The notes below the pieces were generated by a model. The model had not been told where the DNA came from and did not search any database. It saw only the letters and a program-made list of their open reading frames with translations. Positions 21,204 through 29,726 of a stretch of 64,000 nucleotides of DNA are shown one piece after another; position 1 is the first letter of the stretch; every line of letters starts with the position of its first letter. The stretch is from Candidatus Eiseniibacteriota bacterium. GTDB taxonomy: Bacteria > Eisenbacteria > RBG-16-71-46 > CAIMUX01 > VGJL01. Position numbers and translations under genes: made by a program. The stretch lies in assembly GCA_963792585.1 (NCBI GenBank), contig CAWBWI010000001.1:961608-1025607 (forward strand), in the 5' to 3' direction.

Positions 21204-22691
21204 ATGAGGATTCGGATCCGTCTCGCCCTGTTCCTCCTCCTGCTCGGGGCCCTGCCCGCGTGCGAGGAGAACAAAGGGGTCTATCCGCCGAACGTGGCGC
21301 CGAAGACCTATCTGTCCGTCGTCGGCGACAGCCTGTCGTCGACCGACTATCGCAAGATCCTCCACTGGTGGGGCAGCGACCCCGACGGCGTGGTCGGCGG
21401 CTACCTGATCCGGTGGAACGGCGGCTGGGTCCCCCCTACGGGAACGGGCCGGGAGTATGCCGGCGAGCTGTATGCGTTCACGACGGCGACACAGGACACA
21501 TTCCCCGTGCCGCTCGACGGGACCGGCGCAGTGCGGAATTTCATCGTGCGCGCGGTGGACGCCGAGGATCTGGTCGACCCCGTCGGCGTGAGCCAGAGTT
21601 TCCCTCTCCACAACAACGCTCCCTCGCTCGCGTGGAATGCCGAGATCCCGAGACCGACGAGCAGCTACCCCGCCGTCGCATTCGGCTTCCGTCCGACCGA
21701 CTTCGACGGACGCGAGACGGTGATCAGCTACCGGATCTGGCTCGACGACGACTCCCTGAACGCGCGGACCGTATCCGACACGATCGTCGGCCTCTACCCC
21801 GCGGACTTCGGAGGCGATCATACAACCCGGGAACGAACGGTCCACGTACGCGCATACGATGACGCCCGCGCTGCGAGCAACACTCTCTCGCACAGCTGGA
21901 CGGTCCAGTGGCCGCAGACCGAATGGCTCAAGATCGATCAGGTCCCCCCTACCGGAAACCTCGCCAACTGGGATCGGCAATTCTACGCGGCGGTCATCGA
22001 CTCCGTCTTCGGGACCGCTCTCGACCGGATCGACCTGTACAATGGTCCCGACTTCACGACGAGCCAGGAGATCGGTCCGCTCTTGTCGCTCTTCCGAGGC
22101 GTCCTCTGGCTCACCGGGCCCCATGTGGCGTCGAACGAATCGAAGATGGCCCGCAACCTGGCGCTTGCGGAGCAGGGCATCCGTGAGTACGTCGAGAACG
22201 GGGGACGGGTGCTCCTGATCGGCCAGTCCGTCCTCGGCTCCGGCGGCGGACTCTCGGACGCGTTCGCCACTGAGGTGCTCGGGATCCCCGAGTTCTTCGA
22301 GCAATGGACCGACATCCAGGATCCGTCGAGCGGCTCGACGAATGTTCCGATGAGCCATCCCGTGTACTACCGCAGGCTGGACGGGGGTCCCGACAGCCTC
22401 CTCGTCTACAACATTCCCAACTATGTCGATTACTTCCGGGAACCCATCGCGCCGGCGGCCGGCCGTTACTGGGTCGCACCGGGGATACTCCGGACGGAAA
22501 CCGGCAACGCAATCGTCCCCGGCCAGGACCTCGATCCCGCCTATGCCGCCGTCACGGCGCCGTACGGTCAGGGCAGCATCACGGTCGTCACGACATCCTA
22601 TGCCCGGCTCTACGACGTCCTGCGCAACCCCGAGTGGAAACAGACGATCGGTGAGGGAATCCGACTATTCCGTGAGGCGCTCCAGCCCTAA
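21204..22691 (+). CDS. Lipoprotein of unknown function
   Basis: MRIRIRLALFLLLLGALPAC lipobox. The N-half has Ig/FN3-like WWGSDPDGVVGGYLIRW and DFDGRETVISYRIWLDD stretches. The C-half (ENGGRVLLIGQSVLG) has no motif I can assign. Confidence 0.55.
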   Translation: MRIRIRLALFLLLLGALPACEENKGVYPPNVAPKTYLSVVGDSLSSTDYRKILHWWGSDPDGVVGGYLIRWNGGWVPPTGTGREYAGELYAFTTATQDTFPVPLDGTGAVRNFIVRAVDAEDLVDPVGVSQSFPLHNNAPSLAWNAEIPRPTSSYPAVAFGFRPTDFDGRETVISYRIWLDDDSLNARTVSDTIVGLYPADFGGDHTTRERTVHVRAYDDARAASNTLSHSWTVQWPQTEWLKIDQVPPTGNLANWDRQFYAAVIDSVFGTALDRIDLYNGPDFTTSQEIGPLLSLFRGVLWLTGPHVASNESKMARNLALAEQGIREYVENGGRVLLIGQSVLGSGGGLSDAFATEVLGIPEFFEQWTDIQDPSSGSTNVPMSHPVYYRRLDGGPDSLLVYNIPNYVDYFREPIAPAAGRYWVAPGILRTETGNAIVPGQDLDPAYAAVTAPYGQGSITVVTTSYARLYDVLRNPEWKQTIGEGIRLFREALQP

Positions 22692-22715
22692 CTCCTTTAT
22701 TAAGAACCCTTAACA

Positions 22716-22744
22716 TTGACTGGGAGCCCCGGATGAGCTAGAGT
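22716..22744 (+). promoter_or_regulatory. Candidate sigma70-type promoter TTGACT - 17 nt - TAGAGT in an AT-rich island
   Basis: TTGACT at 22716-22721 and TAGAGT at 22739-22744 with a 17-nt spacer. It lies in the only AT-rich stretch of the 145-nt intergenic region, upstream of the 22837 gene. Confidence 0.4.
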
Positions 22745-22836
22745 ACGCGTGGCATTTCCACGGGGGAAATCCCCGCGTGGCTCGGTCCGTTCGCTCATCT
22801 TGACCCACCCACTACCGAACCGGGAGGACTCGCACG

Positions 22837-24790
22837 ATGCGTCTGTCGCGCACTCTGGTCCTGCTGGCGAGCATCCTGTTGCTTGCCGGTGCGGCCATGG
22901 CAGAAGACTCGATCTATTCGATCCAGCTCGGCCTGATCAACAACAACACGCCGGTGGATGTCCAGGGCGTCGTCGTCACCGCCGTCGGCCGCTTCGGGGT
23001 CTTTGTTCAAGAACCGACGCCGGATCCGACCTATGGAAGGCAATACAGCGGGATCTGGGTCTATACCAACACCGTTCCCACCGTCCATCGCGGCGACATC
23101 GTCAACGTCCGCGGGACCTATTACGAGTACTTCGACTTCAGCGAGATCGACGCCTCTCCAGCCTACAACGGCACGGTCACCTTTACGGGTCTCGGCACGG
23201 TTCCGGATCCAGTGAGCGTCACGATCCCCGAGGTCAACAACCAGGGGTCATTCTCGGAGCCGTACGAGAGCGTCCTGATCCGCGTCGACCGAGAGGACAA
23301 CACACTCTTTGCAGGCAGGCTCGACACCCACAACGAGTGGCACCTGAAGCGCGATCAACCCGTCACCTCGCCCTACCTGCAGATGGACCAGTATTCCGCC
23401 CTCCCGACCGGCGACTTCACGTACGACGTGCCTGACTCCGGAGCGGCGCTCACCTTCGCGCAGGGCATCCTGGTCTACAACTTCAGCGAGTACAAGCTCG
23501 CCCCTCGAAACTGCGATGAGGACCTGGGCACCGCCTGCCGCCCGAAGCTCCGCGGCGCCTACGGGACTTCCGCGACCGGCGTGGCCGTCCAGTTCGGCGT
23601 CCCCGTCACGCAGCAATCGGCGGAGACCGTGAGTAACTATCAGCTCGGTAGCGGACTCCTGGTGTACCAGGCGCACATCGATCCCTCCAACCACAAGCGC
23701 GTATTCCTGGTCACCGATAACCTGGGCAACGGCGAGGAAGAGACGATCACCGTTCGCAACATCGTCTCCGAGAGCGGAGCGGTGATGAGCGGTCCCGAGA
23801 CCGCGGCTTTCCGCACGGGCATCACGCCGATCGCATTGATCCAGCAGGTGGATGACCCGGCGGTGACCGATGTCTCCCCCTTGATCAACGAAGTCGTCAC
23901 GATCTCCGGCCGGATCTCCGCCCTCGAGGGAACGAACTACTACTACCTCCAGGACGATGACGGCGGGGCATGGGACGGGATGTACGTGCGCGTCGCGAAG
24001 GGCACATCCCCGCTCAAGGTCGGGGACAGGGTTCATGTCGCCGGGCAGGTGACCGAGTACTTCGGCATGACGGAGCTCGAATTACAAGTCCGGCATCGAC
24101 TACCTGCTTCCGCTCGGTGAGACCGGTCCGGTTACCACGAATGTCCTCCACACGAGCGATTTGAAGTACCGCGATACCGCCAAGGGCGCCGAGCCTTGGG
24201 AAGACTGCCTCGTCCGTCTGGAGTCCGCAACGCTCGACTCGCTCGCGGGCGTCGCGGGTCCGGCGTTCGGCGAGTGGCTCCTCTTCCAGCAGGGCTACCC
24301 CGACACCGCCAAGTTCGACATCAACGGCATGAACGGCAACAAGGCCTACGCCGCGTGCATCGGCGACGTCATCAACCTGACGGGCATGCTCGCCTACACG
24401 TTCGATCAGTATCAGATCTGGCCCCGGTCCGGTCGTGGGATCGACATCCAGGTCATCTACGACAACCCCGCGTGCCAGCCGACGGCTGCGCCCGAGAACG
24501 GCCCCTTCTCCGCGGGTCCTGCCTTGGAAAGCGTCCCCAACCCCTTCAACCCGAAGACGACGATCCGATACACCCTGCCCGAGGCCGGCTCCGTTCGCCT
24601 CGAAATCGTCGATCCCTCCGGAAGGATCGTCCGGACGCTCGTCGACCGTGTCGTGCTGAGCGCCGGAACGCAGCAGTCCGTCTGGGACGGCCGCGACGAC
24701 GCCGGGCGACCGGCCGGAACCGGAACATACTTCGCGAAGCTCCGGACCGAGGAAGGAAGCGTCTCGAACAAGCTCATTCTCCTGAAGTAG
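22837..24790 (+). CDS. Exported, internally duplicated protein (OB-fold-like ExeM/NucH-N-terminal-type modules) with FlgD-Ig/T9SS-type C-terminal domain; one frame break
   Basis: Signal peptide MRLSRTLVLLASILLLAGAAMA. ORF 22837..24120 continues in the frame of ORF 24161..24790 (..EYFGMTELE / NYKSGIDYLLPLGETGPVTTNVLHTSDLKYRD..), with the junction near 24075-24085. C-terminus VPNPFNPKTTIRYTLPEAGSVRLEIVDPSGRIV..GTYFAKLRTEEGSVSNKLILLK. Confidence 0.65.
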
Positions 24791-24821
24791 CTTCGATCCG
24801 CGCGCACCGTGCGAACGAATC

Positions 24822-24850
24822 GGCCCCGTCGCGTCATGCGCGGCGGGGCC
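24822..24850. terminator. Strong GC-rich hairpin between convergent genes (bidirectional terminator candidate)
   Basis: GGCCCCGTCGCG-TCATG-CGCGGCGGGGCC: 12-bp stem (one G-U) and 5-nt loop. It lies between the stop at 24790 (+) and the stop at 24878 (-). Confidence 0.5.
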
Positions 24851-24877
24851 ATCTCGTGTCTCGCTCTGGTTTCGCGA

Positions 24878-25591
24878 TCAGCGATCGTCCCGATCGATGT
24901 AGTCCCGGATGTCGTAGACCGTCGTCTTCTTCCGCCGGCGCCGATGGAGCGGGCCCCAGGGGACGATCCAGAGGAAGAGCAGGCCGAAGAGGATGCCACC
25001 CAGGTGGGCGAGGTGCGCGATGCCGCCCCCGTGGCCCTGTCCCCTGTCCATCACCGAGGGCAAGGAGGAGACGAATTCGAACGCGCCGAAGATGATCACG
25101 AAGTACTTCGCCGGCATCGGGAAGAGGAACCAGATCAAGATCGGGCGGTTCGGCCAACGGATCGCGAAGGCCAGGAGCAGGCCGTAGATCGCGCCGCTCG
25201 CGCCCACGATCGGAGTGAAGGAGTGCGGCTGAAAGACCGCGTTCGTGATCCCGGCGCCGATCCCGGTGACGAAGTAGTACTGGAGGAAGCGCTTGGCGCC
25301 CCATTCATGCTCCAGCTCGCTGCCGAACATCCAGAGAGCCAGCATGTTGAAGAGGATGTGCATGAACGAGCCGTGCAGGAACATGTAGGTCACGATCTGC
25401 CAGATGAACCCGTGAAAGAGCGCGGCCGGCACCAGGCCGAGGTATCCCAGTGCGAGCTCATAGAATGTCGGATTCAACTTCTCTGCGATCGTCATGCCCA
25501 GGAAGAAGATCACGTTCCAGGCGATGAGAAGACGGACCATCGTCGAGAGGGACCCGCCAAGGGAGAACCCGCCGCCGCCCCGGTAGCTCAT
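24878..25591 (-). CDS. Rhomboid-family intramembrane serine protease
   Basis: HILFNMLALWMFG, the catalytic IVGASGAIYGLL, and HLAHLGGILFG. About six hydrophobic segments. Confidence 0.85.
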   Translation of the reverse strand: MSYRGGGGFSLGGSLSTMVRLLIAWNVIFFLGMTIAEKLNPTFYELALGYLGLVPAALFHGFIWQIVTYMFLHGSFMHILFNMLALWMFGSELEHEWGAKRFLQYYFVTGIGAGITNAVFQPHSFTPIVGASGAIYGLLLAFAIRWPNRPILIWFLFPMPAKYFVIIFGAFEFVSSLPSVMDRGQGHGGGIAHLAHLGGILFGLLFLWIVPWGPLHRRRRKKTTVYDIRDYIDRDDR

Positions 25592-26014
25592 GGCGTTGCG
25601 GGCTGCGCGCCGGACGAACCGGCCATCCCGTCGCGTCCCGCCGGGATGTCCCGGCCCATGTGGCAGTTACCCTGGAAGATCGCGCCGTCCTGGATGCGGA
25701 AGGAGCGGGCATAGACGTCGCCGCGCAGGTGCGCTCCCGTCCGAAGCTCGAGGGCATCCCGGACGTGGACGTCGCCCTCGATCTTTCCGGCGATTCGCGC
25801 CCGCTCGGCGGTCAAATCGCCCCGCACCGCATCCGCCCAGCTCGATCTCGACATCACCGGTCGCGGTCAGCCCCCCATCGATCTCGCCGAGGACGCGGGC
25901 GCCGCCGCGAATCGTGACGTCCCCCTTGATCTTGCAGCCGGCCCCCAGGACCGTGTCGAAGGTCGCCGGCTCGACCGCAGCCGACTCCGTTCCCTTGGGT
26001 TTGCGAAACAACAC
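25588..26014 (-). CDS. Bactofilin (polymer-forming cytoskeletal protein); one frame break
   Basis: MLFRKPKG..TVLGAGCKIKGDVTIRGGARVLGEIDGGLTATGDVEIELG is in ORF 25667..26014. It continues as ADAVRGDLTAERARIAGKIEGDVHVRDALELRTGAHLRGDVYARSFRIQDGAIFQGNCHM in ORF 25588..25857, with the junction near 25836-25845. The stop overlaps the rhomboid start (ATGA). Confidence 0.7.
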
Positions 26015-26054
26015 GGAACGCGCTCCTCCCCTGTCGATGCGATCGCTCGTCCTA

Positions 26055-27800
26055 CTACAAGACCTTCAGTACGACGAGAGTGACATCGTCCTGGGCCTTG
26101 CCCTCGCAGTGTTGCAGGATCTCCTCCTGCAATGCGAGCCGAATTTCGTGCGCGGTCCCCTCCCGGCGGGCCCGCACGGTCTCGACGAGCCGCTCCGTCC
26201 CGTACTCCTCGCCGGCCGCATTCACGCACTCGCTCGCCCCGTCGGTGTAGAGGACCAGATGATCTCCCGGGCCGAGCCGGAGTTGCGCCTCTTCGTGCAC
26301 GGCCTCGGGGAACGAGCCGAGGATCAGGCCCCCCTCGGTGAGCCAGACGGCCTCCCCGTTCGCCCTGAGCAGGAACGGTGGATTGTGCCCGGCGTTGGAG
26401 TAGGTGAAGACCTTCCGTTGCAGGTCCAGGACCCCGTAGACGGCGGTGACGAACTGCTCCGGGTGGGTCGACTCGCAGAGCAGGCGGTTGACGTTGAAGA
26501 GAATCCTCTGAATCGCATACTCATTGCGGACTTCCGTACGCATTGCCGCCCGGAAGGCGGCAAGGATCAGCGCCGCCCCCATTCCCTTCCCCGCCACGTC
26601 GACGACCATGATCCCGAGCTGGCTCGCGTTGATCCGTATGAAATCGAATGAGTCACCACCGACCTCCGAGGAGGGGACGGTGCTCCCCGAGATCTGGAAT
26701 CCCGGTAATTCCGGGTCGGCCAGAGGAAGAAAGCTCTGCTGGATCCGCCTCGCCAGGTCCACCTCGTCCTGGAGTCGCTGCCGGGAGAGGACCTGCCGGT
26801 AGAGCCGGACACGGCCGACCGAGATCGCGGCCTGGTTTGCGAGAGACATCAGCAGGCGCACATCGCGCGGCCGGTAGGCGTCCCGGGTGTCGTTCTCCAG
26901 GGTGAAGGCGCCGATCACCTTGCCCACGTTGACCAGCGGAACGGTGACCTCGGAGAGGGTCGTTGGCCGCACGGGAACATAGCGGCGGTCCTTGGTGACG
27001 TCGGGGATGCGCAGCGCCTCGCCGGTCTTCACGACCCAGCCGACCGCGCCCTCCCCGACCATCAGGCGAAAGCTCTCCTCCGTGCCCGGCGGATATCCGC
27101 GAACGCTCACCAGTTCGATCGCCGGCGGATCTCCTCGCACGAGGGAGATTCCGGCCGCGTTGTAGGGCAGGACCTCCCCGATCAGATCGAGGATCAGCTC
27201 CAGGGTCTCGTCGAGGTCGATGGACTGGCTCAGCTTCAGGCCGATCCGGTAGATGATGTCATTGCCGGCCTTTTCTCTCTCGAGATCGCGATACAGGAGG
27301 GCGTTTTCCAGCGCGACCGCGATCGGATCGGCGAGAGCGATCATCGTGAGCTGGTCCCGCTCGGTGAATCCGTCGGGCGAACGTTTGTTCAGAAGCTCGA
27401 CGACGCCGACGACCCCGCGGCCGCGGTGGATGGGGACTCCGAGGACTGATCTTCCGCTGAAGCCCATGATCCGGTCGATCTCGTGCCGATACCGAAGGTC
27501 CTCCCGAAGATCGTTGACGATCGCCGGCCGGTCGTTCGCCGCAATCCAGCCTGCAAGCCCTTCATTCGGCCCCAGAAACAGGCGGCGGGCCTCCTCGTCG
27601 GAGCGGTTGAAGGCGACCTGGAACTCGAGGCGGCTCCTTTCCTCGTCCCAGATCAGGACATTGACCGCTTCGGCATCGACCGCCTCGAGGCAGATCGCCC
27701 GGATCTCGGCGAGCAGCCGTTCCAGCTCGAGAGCCCGATTTAGGCGCCGCGACGCTTCGAAGAGGAACGAGATATCCGGAACGCGGTCCCGCAGCGCCAT
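26055..27800 (-). CDS. GAF-GAF-PP2C (SpoIIE/RsbU-type) serine phosphatase
   Basis: 581 aa with two GAF-like regions (..VNVLIWDEERSRLEF.., ..AGISLVRGDPPAIELV..). PP2C core: LPGFQISGSTVPSSEVGGDSFDFI, GIMVVDVAGKGMGAALI, LVLYTDGASE. Confidence 0.8.
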   Translation of the reverse strand: MALRDRVPDISFLFEASRRLNRALELERLLAEIRAICLEAVDAEAVNVLIWDEERSRLEFQVAFNRSDEEARRLFLGPNEGLAGWIAANDRPAIVNDLREDLRYRHEIDRIMGFSGRSVLGVPIHRGRGVVGVVELLNKRSPDGFTERDQLTMIALADPIAVALENALLYRDLEREKAGNDIIYRIGLKLSQSIDLDETLELILDLIGEVLPYNAAGISLVRGDPPAIELVSVRGYPPGTEESFRLMVGEGAVGWVVKTGEALRIPDVTKDRRYVPVRPTTLSEVTVPLVNVGKVIGAFTLENDTRDAYRPRDVRLLMSLANQAAISVGRVRLYRQVLSRQRLQDEVDLARRIQQSFLPLADPELPGFQISGSTVPSSEVGGDSFDFIRINASQLGIMVVDVAGKGMGAALILAAFRAAMRTEVRNEYAIQRILFNVNRLLCESTHPEQFVTAVYGVLDLQRKVFTYSNAGHNPPFLLRANGEAVWLTEGGLILGSFPEAVHEEAQLRLGPGDHLVLYTDGASECVNAAGEEYGTERLVETVRARREGTAHEIRLALQEEILQHCEGKAQDDVTLVVLKVL

Positions 27801-29326
27801 CAGCGGCTCGCCTCCAGGATCTCCTCAGGGCTGCTCCCATCGGGCTCCGCCCAGACAGTTCGCCCCCCCACCGCGGTCCAACATACCCGGGCCGTACCCT
27901 CCAGGATGGCCCTCGGGAGGTCTCCCCCCGGAGCGTGGAGTACGGCGAGATCGGCGTTCATCCCCTGCCGGAGAGCATCGGATCCCGCCGTGGAATCGAG
28001 ACCTCCGGTCGCGTAGGCCGCGATGGCCTCCGCTGCGGTGAGGCGTTCGGCCGGATCGGGATGCGCGAGCGCCCCGCGGATTCCTCCCAGCGGTCCGAAG
28101 GGCATCGTGTCGGAGCCGAACACGACGCGCGTGCTCCGGGCGGCGGTGCGGTACGGATTGAGAGCGCGGGCACGTTCGGAACCGAGGGCCCGCTCGTACA
28201 TTCCATCAGGGCCCTGCCAGCGGGCCGTGAAGTTCGGCTGCATCGAGAGGACGACGCGAAGCCGGCGGGCGAGATCGACCGCAGCAAGGTCGAGTTCCTC
28301 CGCGTGCTCGATGCGGAGTTCCATTCCCTCGCGGCGACCGCCGAGCCGCCGGAACGCCTCCAGAGCCTGCTTCACCGCGCGCATTCCGATCGCGTGCAGG
28401 GCGATCGAGAAGCCCGCTTCGGTCCCCGCTCGAACCGCTCCCGCCAGGGCCTCGGTTTCCCAGAGGAGCAGGCCGTCGCCGGGCCGATCCTCGAACGGCC
28501 GGGCGACGGCAGCCGTCCGCGCCCCGATGGATCCGTCCAGGAAACCCTTCAGACCGAAGGTGCGCACAAAGGCCCCGTCATCCCCCGGCCGCAGGCCCAT
28601 CGCCGCAACCGCTTCGAGCCTGTCGAGGGGGAAGAAGTGGCGCACCCGCAGTGCGAGGGATCCCTCCGCCTCCAGTTCCCTGAACGCTCGATACGTCTCG
28701 ATTCTTCCCATCTCGTCGATCGAGGCCACACCTTGGCGTGCCGCCTCGCGTTGGCCCTGGCGGGCCCCCTGCACATAGTCGGCGAATGGCGGGGTCCATT
28801 TCGCCGGCAGGCCCATGGCAAGGCTCTCGGTCATGGTCTGCGTGCGCGCATCGGCCTCGACGCCCGAGGGCGCCAGGAGAGACCACGCGACCGAGTTGAC
28901 GACCACCAGATGGCCGTCCACGCGGCGAAGGCCTAGAGGACGGTCCGTCGAGAGCCGATCGAGGTCGGCGCCGGTGAGCGGGCGGGGATCGTCCCAGATC
29001 GACTCGTCCCATCCCTCCCCCAGTACGGGTCCGTCTCCGGGCCGGTCCCGCAGCCATCGAGCGGCCGCCTCGAGGGTACCCGCGCGCGTGGGAATTCCGT
29101 CGAGCGACGGACCCTGCGCCGGACGGAAGGTCCCGATCAAGTGCGTGTGGTGATCATGAAACGCCGGGATCAGAATATGCTCCGCCGACAAGGTCCAACA
29201 CGGACCTTCAACAGCCGCGTCCTGAATCCGCCCCTCAACGACGCAGATACGCCTTCGAGCGAAACGCTCTCCCGCAAGGCAGAGCCCTTCGATCCGATAA
29301 GGTTTCTGGTGGCGCATCGTCGTCAA
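27800..29326 (-). CDS. Amidohydrolase-family (Amidohydro_3-type) metal-dependent hydrolase
   Basis: LIPAFHDHHTHLIG metal-binding motif, IALHAIG, RIEHAE and VVFGSDTMP. The stop overlaps the phosphatase start by 1 nt. Confidence 0.75.
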   Translation of the reverse strand: MTTMRHQKPYRIEGLCLAGERFARRRICVVEGRIQDAAVEGPCWTLSAEHILIPAFHDHHTHLIGTFRPAQGPSLDGIPTRAGTLEAAARWLRDRPGDGPVLGEGWDESIWDDPRPLTGADLDRLSTDRPLGLRRVDGHLVVVNSVAWSLLAPSGVEADARTQTMTESLAMGLPAKWTPPFADYVQGARQGQREAARQGVASIDEMGRIETYRAFRELEAEGSLALRVRHFFPLDRLEAVAAMGLRPGDDGAFVRTFGLKGFLDGSIGARTAAVARPFEDRPGDGLLLWETEALAGAVRAGTEAGFSIALHAIGMRAVKQALEAFRRLGGRREGMELRIEHAEELDLAAVDLARRLRVVLSMQPNFTARWQGPDGMYERALGSERARALNPYRTAARSTRVVFGSDTMPFGPLGGIRGALAHPDPAERLTAAEAIAAYATGGLDSTAGSDALRQGMNADLAVLHAPGGDLPRAILEGTARVCWTAVGGRTVWAEPDGSSPEEILEASR

Positions 29327-29360
29327 GAGGATCCGTGCCGCTGCGCGGATCGACCGGCCT

Positions 29361-29726
29361 TCACTCGAGCCAGTAGAGAATCCGGCCGCAGTTTTCGCAG
29401 GTCAGCAGCCGCTCCGGGTCGCCGCTCGATGGGCTGACCGAGGTCGGAAGGGCCATGTAACACCCAAGGCAAATCCTGTCCTCGACGGGAACGATCGCGC
29501 GGGGATGGCGCTTGACGATCCGGTCGAAGAGGCGCAGGTCGCGCGCGTCGACCTGGGTGCGCCACTTCTCGAGGACGGCCTTGAGTTTCTCGATCCCCTG
29601 GAGATCGAAACCCATCGCTTCCTCGCGGCGCTTCGCGTGCTCGTCCTGGGCCTCGCGGACCATCATCTCGAGGTCTTGCAGGTGAGAGAGTCTCTGGAGG
29701 CGATCGATGAGACGGCTGTCAGACAT
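29361..29726 (-). CDS. Coiled-coil + C4 zinc-ribbon protein (COG1579-like, short)
   Basis: MSDSRLIDRLQRLSHLQDLEMM.. followed by CLGCYMALP....CENCGRILYWLE. Internal ATG of ORF 29361..29819; 8-nt overlap with the ptsN stop. Confidence 0.6.
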   Translation of the reverse strand: MSDSRLIDRLQRLSHLQDLEMMVREAQDEHAKRREEAMGFDLQGIEKLKAVLEKWRTQVDARDLRLFDRIVKRHPRAIVPVEDRICLGCYMALPTSVSPSSGDPERLLTCENCGRILYWLE

